A DNA stretch of 64,000 nucleotides. Source: an uncultured delta proteobacterium (GTDB lineage Bacteria; Myxococcota_A; Polyangia; Palsa-1104). This document shows, in pieces, positions 53,196 through 64,000 of this stretch. A program made the position numbers and the translations under genes. The DNA is taken from assembly GCA_963785725.1 (NCBI GenBank), contig CAWAWS010000007.1, positions 352,001-416,000 of the forward strand, given 5' to 3'. Position 1 is the first letter of the stretch; each line of letters opens with the position of its first letter. Under the pieces are notes generated by a model. That model searched no databases. It had not been told where the DNA came from and saw only the letters and a program-made list of their open reading frames with translations.

Positions 53196-53612
53196 TCAGG
53201 CCTCGTCGTGGTCCATCGTCGACGTGAGCGAGCCGAAATATTCGTTGAGCGCCATCAGCTGGTCGACGTCGAGGCCGGCGAACTTGACGCCCATGCCCGG
53301 CTCGTCGTCGCCGTCGTCGCTGTCCTCGGCTTCGTCTGCGCCGCGGGCGGCGATGACCCAGCGGACGTCGCCGCGCACCTCGAGCGGGCGCGACGCGGCC
53401 GGCACGCTGAGCGCAATCTGCAGCGCCGTGCCCGGCGGCGGCGGATGCGCGGTCATGATGAAGGCGCCGCCGACGCCGATGTTCTTGGTGAACGCGCGCT
53501 GCTCCTCACCGAGCTGGCCGCCGTCCAAGATGCGATAACGGACTTCCACACGGCGGCCGGGACGCGCCTTGCCGCGGAAATGCCCGCGCCGTTCGCGTTT
53601 CGACTCTGCCAC
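53196..53612 (-). CDS. PilZ-domain protein
   Basis: ERRGHFR, NIGVGGAFI, GDVRW, GMGVKF. Confidence 0.88.
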   Translation of the reverse strand: MAESKRERRGHFRGKARPGRRVEVRYRILDGGQLGEEQRAFTKNIGVGGAFIMTAHPPPPGTALQIALSVPAASRPLEVRGDVRWVIAARGADEAEDSDDGDDEPGMGVKFAGLDVDQLMALNEYFGSLTSTMDHDEA

Positions 53613-53714
53613 CACGGTATTTTCGCTACAGACCGACGGAGGTGTCAAGCGACGCCGTCGTTAGCGGGTGTTGGGATTGACACTCCTGCCCGTCGCTGGC
53701 ATGGTCCAACTCCC

Positions 53715-55571
53715 GTGAAGATTCACCTCATCGGCATCTGCGGCACTGGAATGGGCCCACTGGCCGGCCTGCTCAAGGCCGCGGGCCACGATGTGCGCGG
53801 CTCCGACTCGGACGTCTATCCGCCGATGTCGACGCAGCTGGCGGAGCAGAGCATCCCGGTGATGAACGGCTACGGCGACGCCAACTTGGACTGGCAGCCG
53901 GACACGGTCGTCGTCGGCAACGTGCAGACGAAAGATCAAGTCGAGGTCAAGGCGGCGCAGGCGCGCGGGCTCAAACTGACGTCGTTTCCCGCGCTCTTGG
54001 AAGAGCTGTTCTTGACGCGGCTGCACTCGCTCGTCGTCGCGGGAACGCACGGCAAGACGACGACGTCGTCGCTGGCGGCGTCGGTGCTCGTCGACGCGCA
54101 GCGCGATCCGAGCTTCCTCGTCGGCGGCGTGCCGGTCGGCTTCGGGCGCAGCTGGCGGCTCGGCCAAGGCCCGCACTTCGTCGTCGAAGGCGACGAATAC
54201 GACACGGCCTTCTTCGACAAGGGCTCGAAGTTCCTGCATTACCAACCGAAGACGGCGATCATCACCAGCGTCGAGCTCGACCACGTCGACATCTTCGACT
54301 CGCTCGAGGCCATCAAAGACGCGTTCCGCAAGTTCGTGGCGCTGATTCCCGCGAACGGCTTGTGCGTCGTCGCCGCCGATTCACCGGGCGCGCTCGATGT
54401 GGTCAAAGACGCCAAGTGCAAGGTCGAGACGTACGTCGTGCGCGGCGCCGAGAATCCCGACGCGCAGGCCGATTGGATCGCGCGCGCCATCGCCATGCGT
54501 CCCGGCGGCCGCACGCTGTTCGAGGTCACGCACGCGGGCAAACCGTTCGGCGTCTTCGACACCGGCCTGCCCGGTGGCTACAACCTCGCCAACGCGCTCG
54601 CGGTCATCGCGTCGTGCGCGTCGCTCGGCCTGTCGCCGGAAGAGATCGGGCGCGGCATTCGTCGCTTTGCCGGCGTCAAGCGACGGCAAGAAGTGCGCGG
54701 CGTGGCGCAAGGCGTGACCGTCATCGACGACTTCGCGCACCATCCGACGGCCGTGCGCGAGACGCTGCGCGCGCTGCGTCGTCGTCATGGTGGCGGCCGG
54801 CTCATCGCCATCTTCGAGCCGCGCTCGGCGACGTCGCGGCGCGCCGTGTTCCAGAAGGATTACGCCGAGGCGTTCGCGGAAGCAGACGAGATCATCGTCG
54901 GCGCCGTCAGCCATCCCGAGAAGGCGCCGGCCAACGATCGCTTCGATCCCGAGCGGCTGGCCGCCGATCTGCGCGGCAAAGGCGTGCCCGCGCGCCACGT
55001 CAGCGACGTCGAGCAGATCGTCGCGCAAGTGGCCGAGCGCGCCGCCGCCGGCGACACCGTCGTCATCATGACGTCGGGTGGCTTCGAGGGCATCCACGAC
55101 AAGCTGTTGGCGCGGCTCGGCGACGCGGTCGTGCCGGCGCGCGCCGAAGATCTGCCGGGCGTGCGCGATCTGCTCGCGCGCACCGAGCTGCCGTTCGAAG
55201 AGCTCGACGAAGTGGTGGGCGATCTGCTCGTGATGCGCGATCCCGAGGGCCAAATCGTCGGCTGCGTGGCGATGGAGCTGCACGACGACGCCGGCCTCTT
55301 GCGCGGCTTGGCGACGGCGCCCGAACGGCGCAGCCAAGGCCTCGGCTGGATGCTCGCGGACGCGGCGCTCGGTCGCGCGCGCAGCCGCGGCGCCCGTCGC
55401 GTCTACTTGTTGACCGAGAGCGCGAGCGACTTCTTCGCCGAGAAGTTCGGCTTCCGCGCCGTGCCGACGTCGATGGTCGACGCCGCCGTGGCCGAGTCGT
55501 CGCAGTTCCGCCATGCGCCGCCCAACGCCGTCGCCATGCTCCTCGACCTGCCCGTCGACGACACGGCCTAA
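53715..55571 (+). CDS. mpl: Murein peptide ligase Mpl fused to a C-terminal GNAT domain
   Basis: IHLIGICGTGM, DVYPPMS, GTHGKTTT, EGDEYDTAFFDK, DDFAHHPT; tail LLRGLAT..RRSQGLG..VYLLTE..FFAEKFGF. Confidence 0.9.
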   Translation: MKIHLIGICGTGMGPLAGLLKAAGHDVRGSDSDVYPPMSTQLAEQSIPVMNGYGDANLDWQPDTVVVGNVQTKDQVEVKAAQARGLKLTSFPALLEELFLTRLHSLVVAGTHGKTTTSSLAASVLVDAQRDPSFLVGGVPVGFGRSWRLGQGPHFVVEGDEYDTAFFDKGSKFLHYQPKTAIITSVELDHVDIFDSLEAIKDAFRKFVALIPANGLCVVAADSPGALDVVKDAKCKVETYVVRGAENPDAQADWIARAIAMRPGGRTLFEVTHAGKPFGVFDTGLPGGYNLANALAVIASCASLGLSPEEIGRGIRRFAGVKRRQEVRGVAQGVTVIDDFAHHPTAVRETLRALRRRHGGGRLIAIFEPRSATSRRAVFQKDYAEAFAEADEIIVGAVSHPEKAPANDRFDPERLAADLRGKGVPARHVSDVEQIVAQVAERAAAGDTVVIMTSGGFEGIHDKLLARLGDAVVPARAEDLPGVRDLLARTELPFEELDEVVGDLLVMRDPEGQIVGCVAMELHDDAGLLRGLATAPERRSQGLGWMLADAALGRARSRGARRVYLLTESASDFFAEKFGFRAVPTSMVDAAVAESSQFRHAPPNAVAMLLDLPVDDTA

Positions 55572-56378
55572 ATGACGCCCGAGCTCGTCGTCGCGCTACG
55601 GGTTGCGCGTGAAGCGGGCGCCATCTTGCGCGCCGGCGCCGGTCGCGCCCACGCCTCGGACGCCAAGCGCACGACCATCAATCTCGTCACCGAATACGAC
55701 AAGCGCTCGGAAGCGCACGTCGTCGCCGCGTTGCGCGCCGCCTATCCCGCCGACGAGATCATCGCCGAAGAGGGCGGCGGCCACAGCGGCAGCTCCGGCC
55801 GGCGCTGGCTCGTCGATCCGCTCGACGGCACCACCAACTTCGCGCACGGCTTGCCGTTCTTCTGTGTCTCCATCGGCGTCGAGGACGCGGGCGGCGGAGT
55901 GGCCGGCGTCGTCGAGGCGCCGGCGCTCGGCTGGACCTTCTACGCCGCGCGCGGCCACGGCGCCTGGTTGGTGCAGCCGCTGCTCCACGCCGAGCCGCGC
56001 CGTCTCGCCGTCAGCGCCACCGCGACGCTCGCCGGCGCCGTGCTCGCCACCGGCTTCCCCTACGACAACGCGACCAACCCGCGCAACAACTTCGCTCAGT
56101 GGAGCGCCATCTACCCGCGCACGCAGGGCTGCCGTCGCGTCGGCGCCGCCGCGCTCGACCTGTGCATGCTCGCCGCCGGCTGGTTCGACGGCTACTGGGA
56201 GCGGCAGCTGAAGCCGTGGGATGTCGCGGCCGGCGCGCTCATCGTCACCGAAGCCGGCGGCCGCATCAGCGACTACGGCGGCGCGCCGTTCAAGAGCGAC
56301 CACGGCGAGGTCTTGGCCTCCAACGGACACGTTCACGACGAGCTCGCCGCGGCGCTCGCCGCCGTCGACGCCGGCTAG
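55572..56378 (+). CDS. suhB: Inositol monophosphatase
   Basis: LVTEYD, WLVDPLDGTTNF, LKPWDVAAG. Confidence 0.92.
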   Translation: MTPELVVALRVAREAGAILRAGAGRAHASDAKRTTINLVTEYDKRSEAHVVAALRAAYPADEIIAEEGGGHSGSSGRRWLVDPLDGTTNFAHGLPFFCVSIGVEDAGGGVAGVVEAPALGWTFYAARGHGAWLVQPLLHAEPRRLAVSATATLAGAVLATGFPYDNATNPRNNFAQWSAIYPRTQGCRRVGAAALDLCMLAAGWFDGYWERQLKPWDVAAGALIVTEAGGRISDYGGAPFKSDHGEVLASNGHVHDELAAALAAVDAG

Positions 56379-56380
56379 AC

Positions 56381-57052
56381 ATGGGCGACCTCGTCGTCCT
56401 CGGGGTCAGCGGTCGCACTTGTCGCCTCGATCTGCTGCCGCCCGAAACCGGCGACGACGGCGGCTATCGCAACGTGCTGCCCGGCTATCACACGCTGCGC
56501 GTCCTGCGCGATGACGGCCTGTGGCTGGGCCTCGATCTCTTCCTCACGCCCGATGACGATCGCGTGGCCGCCTTTCGCCTCGACGGGGATCGCTTCATCG
56601 ACGCGCGCCACGAGCCGCTGCCGCCGCGCGATCGCCGGCGCGACGTGCTGGCGCAAGCTGCCGCCGGCGCGCGCGCCTGGCAAGCCGCGACGTCCGCCCT
56701 CGACGCCGCGTTCTACGCCAATCCGCCCAAGCACCCAGAGGCGTTCAACCTGCCCGTGCTGCAGGCGATGTTCGTGCAGGTCGCCTTCTGCGAGCCCTAT
56801 CTGGCGTCGGCGAACATGACGAAGCTCGTCGCCCGCCTGGCCGAGCCCGCGCGGCTGGCCGGCGCGCCCGCGGCCGCCGTCGAGCTGGCGCGCTCGCTCG
56901 GCGCCATGGTCGCGCTCGTGCCGCGCCTCGCCGCCGACCTGCCGCTCGACGACGTCGTCGGCGCGCTCTCGGAAGTCGGCAACGCGCGCGGCGAGGTCGA
57001 CCTCATCGCCGCCGCCAGCCGCTTGCAGCTGCAGCTGTCGAAACAAAATTAA
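56381..57052 (+). CDS. Hypothetical protein
   Basis: ATG 2 nt after the suhB stop; typical codon usage. Confidence 0.65.
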   Translation: MGDLVVLGVSGRTCRLDLLPPETGDDGGYRNVLPGYHTLRVLRDDGLWLGLDLFLTPDDDRVAAFRLDGDRFIDARHEPLPPRDRRRDVLAQAAAGARAWQAATSALDAAFYANPPKHPEAFNLPVLQAMFVQVAFCEPYLASANMTKLVARLAEPARLAGAPAAAVELARSLGAMVALVPRLAADLPLDDVVGALSEVGNARGEVDLIAAASRLQLQLSKQN

Positions 57053-57077
57053 CGGATATTGAAATAATAGAAACGAA

Positions 57078-57842
57078 TCAGGTAAACGTAGCGATGACGG
57101 GCGCGTGATCGGACGGCTTGACGCCCTTGCGCGCCTCGCGGTCGATGACGCAGCTGTCGCAGCGACGGGCCAGCGACTCCGACGCGAAGATGTGGTCGAT
57201 ACGCAGCCCGCGTCCTTTGGGAAACGCCAGCATTTGATAATCCCACCACGAATAGACGCCGCCTTCGTGATGGTGCAGCCGAAATAGGTCGACCAAGCCC
57301 CAGGCGCGGATATTTTCCAGCGCTTTACGCGCGTCGATGTGAAAGAGCGTCTCTTTCTCCCACGCCACCGGGTCGTGCACGTCCTTGGCTTCGGGCGCGA
57401 CGTTGAAGTCGCCGCACAGCGCGATCTGCTCGTTGCGATCGTGCTTGTCGAGCCAGCGCCGCATGCGCGCCATCCACTGCATCTTGTATTCGAACTTGTC
57501 GCTGCCGACCGCTTGACCGTTGGGGATGTAGGCGCTGGCGATGCGCACGCCGTCGATGACCGCCGAGATCAGCCGCGCCTGCGGATCTTCGACGCCGTCG
57601 TCGAGGCCGATGCGCACGTCGGTCGCCTTCTTCAGCGACACGATGGCCACGCCGTTGTACGTCTTCTGCGCCGTGAGCACGACCTCGTAGCCGATGGCCG
57701 TGAACAGCTCCATCGGAAACTTCTCGGCCTCGACCTTGAGCTCCTGCATGCACAAGACGTCGGGCCGATTGGCCTCGAGCCACGGAATGACGCGCTCGGT
57801 GCGCGCGCGGATCGAGTTGACGTTCCAAGTGGCGATCTTCAT
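57078..57842 (-). CDS. xth: Exodeoxyribonuclease III
   Basis: MKIATWNVNS, QELK, YIPNG, GDFN, RIDH, SDHAPV. Confidence 0.96.
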   Translation of the reverse strand: MKIATWNVNSIRARTERVIPWLEANRPDVLCMQELKVEAEKFPMELFTAIGYEVVLTAQKTYNGVAIVSLKKATDVRIGLDDGVEDPQARLISAVIDGVRIASAYIPNGQAVGSDKFEYKMQWMARMRRWLDKHDRNEQIALCGDFNVAPEAKDVHDPVAWEKETLFHIDARKALENIRAWGLVDLFRLHHHEGGVYSWWDYQMLAFPKGRGLRIDHIFASESLARRCDSCVIDREARKGVKPSDHAPVIATFT

Positions 57843-57904
57843 CGGCGCGAACTTAGCAGAGCGTGCGGACGATGTTGCAGGTGAAAAAAGCGGGAGTGCT
57901 CGTC

Positions 57905-58273
57905 GGAGAGTCTAGTAAGCCGGGTTTTGTTCCGCCAAATACAGCCTGACGGCGGTGGTCATTCATCTAGGCGCGCCATTGCTGACGAGCTCGAGCGACC
58001 TGACCCGGAGGCAGCGCGACGGGCCGCCGCGATCACTTGCGTGATGCCTCCTGCTTGGTCTTGCTCCAGGTGGGGTTTGCCATGCGATCCCTGTTACCAA
58101 GGATCCGGTGCGCTCTTACCGCACCATTTCACCCTTACCACTTTCGTGGCGGTTTGTTTTCTGTGGCACTGTCCTTCGGGTCGCCCCGACCGGCCGTTGA
58201 CCGGCACCTTGCCCTGTGGAGCCCGGACTTTCCTCTCGTGGCCGAAGCCACCAGCGACCACCTCGTCTTCTCC
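57905..58273 (-). ncRNA. rnpB: RNase P RNA, bacterial type A
   Basis: Minus strand GAGGAAAGTCCGGGCTC, GGGTGAAATGGTGCGGTAAGAGC, CAAAACCCGGCTTA; terminal complementarity. Confidence 0.97.
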
Positions 58274-58323
58274 GACGAGCACTCCCAATCGCGAAAACTG
58301 ATACTGAAGCGGTTACTTCAGTA

Positions 58324-59085
58324 TTACTTCTTGGTGCCGGCTTCTTTGCCTTCGGAGGGCGCGCCGTCGCCGGTGCCTTCCATGATCTTGTCCCAGTAGA
58401 TGATGCGGTTGCAGTTGCCGCACAGCTCGATCGAGTCGCCGCGCTGGATCATGTTGAACAGCTGCGGCGGGATGTTCATGTTGCAGCCCTGACAGGTGCC
58501 GTTCTTGACCGGCACCAGCGCCAGACCGCGCTTCATGCGGATGGCCGAGTACTTCTTGAGCACGTCGGGACGGACGCGGCCGGCGGCGACTTCGCGGCCT
58601 TTGCGCTCCTCGGCGATCTGCTTCTGCAGCTCGGCGATCTTCTCGTCCGCCGCCTTCTGCTCGGCCGCGACATGCTCCTTCAACGCCTGGAAGTCCGCCT
58701 CGTGCTGCTCGATCGACGTCTTGGCCGTCTCGACCGCACCGACGAGCTTGGAGACCTCTTCGCCGCGATCGGCCGCGTTCTTGCGCGTCGCCTGCAGCTC
58801 GCGCTCGGACGCCATGTACTCCTTGGCGTTCTTGACCGCCGCCGAGTGCTGCTTGGCGGCGATCGCGCGCTGCTCCTGCGTCTTCATGTCTTCTTCCTGA
58901 CGCTTGCGCCAGGACTCGGTGTCCGACAGCTGCGCGCGCTCGCGGTCGAGCATGGACTCGACGCGCTTGAGATCCGCGTTCATCGCCTCGAGCTTGGTCG
59001 GAAACGACTTGACCATCTGCTCGAGCTCTTGAATGCGCGCATCGTGACGTTGAAGCTCGGTCAATAAGAGCAATTGATCTTTCAA
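58324..59085 (-). CDS. C4 zinc-ribbon coiled-coil protein (CT398-like)
   Basis: Long coiled coil then CQGC...CGNCNRIIY; TTG start after AAGGAG. Confidence 0.92.
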   Translation of the reverse strand: MKDQLLLLTELQRHDARIQELEQMVKSFPTKLEAMNADLKRVESMLDRERAQLSDTESWRKRQEEDMKTQEQRAIAAKQHSAAVKNAKEYMASERELQATRKNAADRGEEVSKLVGAVETAKTSIEQHEADFQALKEHVAAEQKAADEKIAELQKQIAEERKGREVAAGRVRPDVLKKYSAIRMKRGLALVPVKNGTCQGCNMNIPPQLFNMIQRGDSIELCGNCNRIIYWDKIMEGTGDGAPSEGKEAGTKK

Positions 59086-59100
59086 ACCCGTTCTCCTTCG

Positions 59101-59174
<74 letters not shown>

Positions 59175-59368
59175 GAGTTCTCGTCGGTGCCGTCGGTGGT
59201 AGTTGAAATGTAGCACTTTCCGGCGGCGACGCTCGCGGACGTTAGATCGTCCTTTACGGCTTGGCAAGCGATGACCCACCTGCTTGTGACAACTATCGAA
59301 ATTAAAGCGTTGCGACGCTGCGATGTCGGCTCGAGTACAAAACGTAGGCGGCGCGGGCGTAACCAGAA

Positions 59369-59965
59369 TTACTGCAGCGCGAGATCGGCTTCGGTCAGCA
59401 GCATCTCTTTGTTGTTGATGAGCTGCACCACGCGCATCCGATACGTGTGGCCGGCGCGGAAGCCCTCTTCGGGCGACAAGGCGACGCGCGCCGCCAGCGT
59501 CTTGCCCGCTTTGAGCGGCGCTTGATACAGCGCCGTGTATTCGTGGTTGTCGATCGCGTTCGGATCTTCGAGGTCGAAGAAGATGAAGAGCGCGTTGCCG
59601 CCCCACGCCGGATGCTTGAGCGCGCCCGCCAGCTCCAGCGTCCACTGCGCGCCGCTCGACGCGGTCGAGCTGGAGCCGTCGGAGGAGGCGACCGCTTCGG
59701 CGCGCGCGAAGCGCGGCACGATCGGCGGCGCCTTGCCGCTCGTCGCCGCGACGGCCACCTCCGTCGAGGACACCGCCATCGTGTGCGAGCCGGCCGTCAG
59801 ACAGATCCCGCCCTTCACCGCGCACGGTTGGGTCGGCACGGCGAGCACCTGCAGCGGCGAGCCGCTGCCGTCGTCACCGCGTCCGCTCAGCTCGGTCGGG
59901 TCGGCCAGCGCCGCGCCCGTCGCCGTCAGTAGCATCGCCGTCACCGTTATCGCCTGTTTGAACAT
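59369..59965 (-). CDS. Secreted hypothetical protein
   Basis: GAGG-like SD, signal peptide ending ALA. Confidence 0.7.
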   Translation of the reverse strand: MFKQAITVTAMLLTATGAALADPTELSGRGDDGSGSPLQVLAVPTQPCAVKGGICLTAGSHTMAVSSTEVAVAATSGKAPPIVPRFARAEAVASSDGSSSTASSGAQWTLELAGALKHPAWGGNALFIFFDLEDPNAIDNHEYTALYQAPLKAGKTLAARVALSPEEGFRAGHTYRMRVVQLINNKEMLLTEADLALQ

Positions 59966-60299
59966 GTGTCCGCCTCTGGTTGCACACTACTGTGAGCAAC
60001 AAACAGGCCGTTGTCTAGTCCCCCTAAATCCGCACACTTCGCTGGGACGTCTCGAGGTGGGGACAGCTGCGCATGGTCATCTGTCGCCAGTTTTGGCGGC
60101 AGCGGGCGTACAAAATCGTCACACGCGGGCGTGCAACACCTCGTTTTGCGTCGCTGTCGGCGAAGCTGGGCGGAGGCGCGTGTGGTCACGACGAGTGGCT
60201 GCGCGCGCCAGTGGCGCCGGCCGGCGGGCTGGGACAAGCTGCGGCTGCCGGCAGCGAGCGCCGGCGCGCAGTCCAACACGGTACAGACGAGGCGATGAC

Positions 60300-61133
60300 A
60301 TGATCCTAGTGACTGGAGCGACCGGTGATGTGGGCGGCGGCGTGGTGCGGCGGCTGTTGGCGGCGGGCGAGCAGGTGCGCGTGTTGGCGCGCGATCCGGC
60401 GAAAGCGGGCAAGCTCGGCGACGTCGACGTCGCCAAGGGCGATCTGCTCGATCCGGCGTCGTTCGCGGCGGCCGCCGCGGGTGCGCACAAGCTGTTTCTG
60501 ATGGCCCATGCGCGCGATCTGCCGCAAGTCGCGGCGAACGCCGTGGCCGCGGCGCAGGCGGCGGGCGTGCGTCACGTCGTCCTCTTGTCGAGCTACACGG
60601 TGGCGACGCATCCGACGACGGCGATTGGCAAGTGGCATCACTTGGCCGAGCAGGCGATCGAGAAGACGAAGCTTCAGTGGACGATGCTGCAGCCGGGTAA
60701 CTTCGCGTCCAATACGCTGCGCTGGGCCGGGTCGATCAAAGGGCAGGGCAGCGTGTTTTCGCCCGACGGCGCGACGACGAGCGCGCCCATCGATCCGGCG
60801 GACATCGCGGCCGTCGGCGCGGCGGCGTTGACCGGCAGCGGCCACGAGGGCAAGCGGTACGTGCTGACGAGCGAGCAGACGCTGACGGTGAAGGAGCAGG
60901 TGGAGACGATCGCGCGCGTCATCGGCAAGCCGATCCGCTTCGTCGACGTGCAGCCGGACGCGGCGCGCGCGGCGATGTTGAAGCTGGGGTTCGATGAGGA
61001 GCTCGTCGACGCCGTGCTCGAGCTGCGCGGCACCGCCGGCTCGCTGCAGACGACGACGGTGCGCGACGTGACGGGCAAGACGGCGCGCACGTACGAGGAG
61101 TGGGTGCGCGCCAACGCCGCGGCGTTCGCGTAG
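60300..61133 (+). CDS. NmrA-like NAD(P)H-binding protein
   Basis: MILVTGATGDVGG, VLARDP, APIDPADIA. Confidence 0.9.
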   Translation: MILVTGATGDVGGGVVRRLLAAGEQVRVLARDPAKAGKLGDVDVAKGDLLDPASFAAAAAGAHKLFLMAHARDLPQVAANAVAAAQAAGVRHVVLLSSYTVATHPTTAIGKWHHLAEQAIEKTKLQWTMLQPGNFASNTLRWAGSIKGQGSVFSPDGATTSAPIDPADIAAVGAAALTGSGHEGKRYVLTSEQTLTVKEQVETIARVIGKPIRFVDVQPDAARAAMLKLGFDEELVDAVLELRGTAGSLQTTTVRDVTGKTARTYEEWVRANAAAFA

Positions 61134-61238
61134 GCAAGACCAACGCTCAGCGTCGCGCGGTGGAAATCGCGCGACGCTGAACGCTAACGAGCAGTAGTAG
61201 TTGATGGCGAAGCTGAGCTTGATGCGCGGGCGAAGCGG

Positions 61239-63056
<1,818 letters not shown>

Positions 63057-63060
<4 letters not shown>

Positions 63061-64000
63061 CGAGAGCTTCTCCTTACAGCATTGATTCGTGCGTTCAGCG
63101 TTTCGACAAGGTCACGGTCACCGCGCTCGAGCGCGACGGTCCGCTCGTGCATGAGCGCCGGCAGGTCGGTCGGGAGGCGCATGCTGGCGATGATGGGCTC
63201 GAAGGCTTTCTTGGCGCTGTCGCCGGCAAACTCTTCGGACGATAAGGCGCGCGCGACGGCGTCGCGAATTTCCGGCGCGCAGGTCGACAAGAGCGCGGCG
63301 TCGAACTTCTGCCGCTCCTGCGCCGAGGCAACCAACGCGCGCACGGCGTCGTCCTTCAAATAGGAGAGGTCCACGCGCGGCAGGAGATCGCCGTGCTGCG
63401 CCAGGAACGCCAACAGGGCGGCGTGCGTGCGCGACAGCGGCCGCTGCACGACGACGGCCGGGCCGTCCGCCTCGGGCTCGATGGCGTCGCCGTAGTCGTC
63501 GGGATGCGGCTCGCTCGGCGGCAGCATCGTCGCCACCGCCGCCGGCGCGCCGCCGCTGGCAAACTCGAGGCGCGCGGCCGAGCCGTTGCTGCGCGGCGCC
63601 GCGTCGAAGCGGCTCGGCTGATTCGCCGTCCGCTGCTGAAAGCCGATGTTTTGCGGCGCCCGCAGCGCGCGCTGCACGAGGCCGACGTCGACGCGCAACA
63701 GCTGCGCCAGCTTGTCGATGTAGAGATCGCGCGCCAACGGATCGCGCAGCGAGCGCAACAGCGGCGCCGTCTCTTCGATCGCGGCCACGCGGCCCGGCAC
63801 CGTCGGCTCCGACGTCGACGCCACCTGCTCGAAGTAGAACTCGACCGCGTCTTGCGCGCCGTCGATGAGCGCCTGCAGCTTCGGCAGATTCGTGCGCGCC
63901 AGCTCGTCCGGATCCTGCTTTTTGCCGCCCGACGCGCGCAGCTGCGCGATCTTCAGCGGCAGCTCGGCCTCGACGAACAGGTGGATGATCTTCATCGTCG
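63057..64000 (-). CDS. dnaG: DNA primase, C-terminal part (partial)
   Basis: KQDPDE Toprim-end motif, helical C-terminus, ATGA overlap with rpoD. Confidence 0.8.

Overview
High-GC chromosomal segment of a Myxococcota/Deltaproteobacteria-like bacterium (taxon inferred from gene content). It carries groEL (start only)-groES-fmdB with a CIRCE-like box, a tryptophan/kynurenine/anthranilate-CoA catabolic cluster, a FadR-type GntR regulator with a GMC oxidoreductase operon, signalling genes (PP2C, Ser/Thr kinase, hybrid HK, PilZ), envelope genes (MltD-like, tatA, lolC/E, tonB-exbBD, bamD, FadL, mpl), RNA-modification genes (rluA-type, truD, mnmG), and rnpB, tRNA-Ile2, a frameshifted rpoD and the end of dnaG. 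The outstanding feature is an AT-rich palindrome, (A)WTGGTTNAACCAW(T), with core TGGT-N3-ACCA. I counted about 67 exact cores by eye between 4573 and 38630 and none in the last 25 kb. The sites occur inside about 15 unrelated genes, at start and stop codons, as pairs exactly 21 bp apart, and as 21-bp tandem arrays. The core matches the FadR/PdhR-type GntR operator, and a FadR-like gene with a site pair over its own start lies inside the domain. This suggests a ~34 kb protein-coated chromosomal domain (centromere-like, or a transcription-factor sink) rather than ordinary regulation. All counts and family calls are by eye; no database searches were run.
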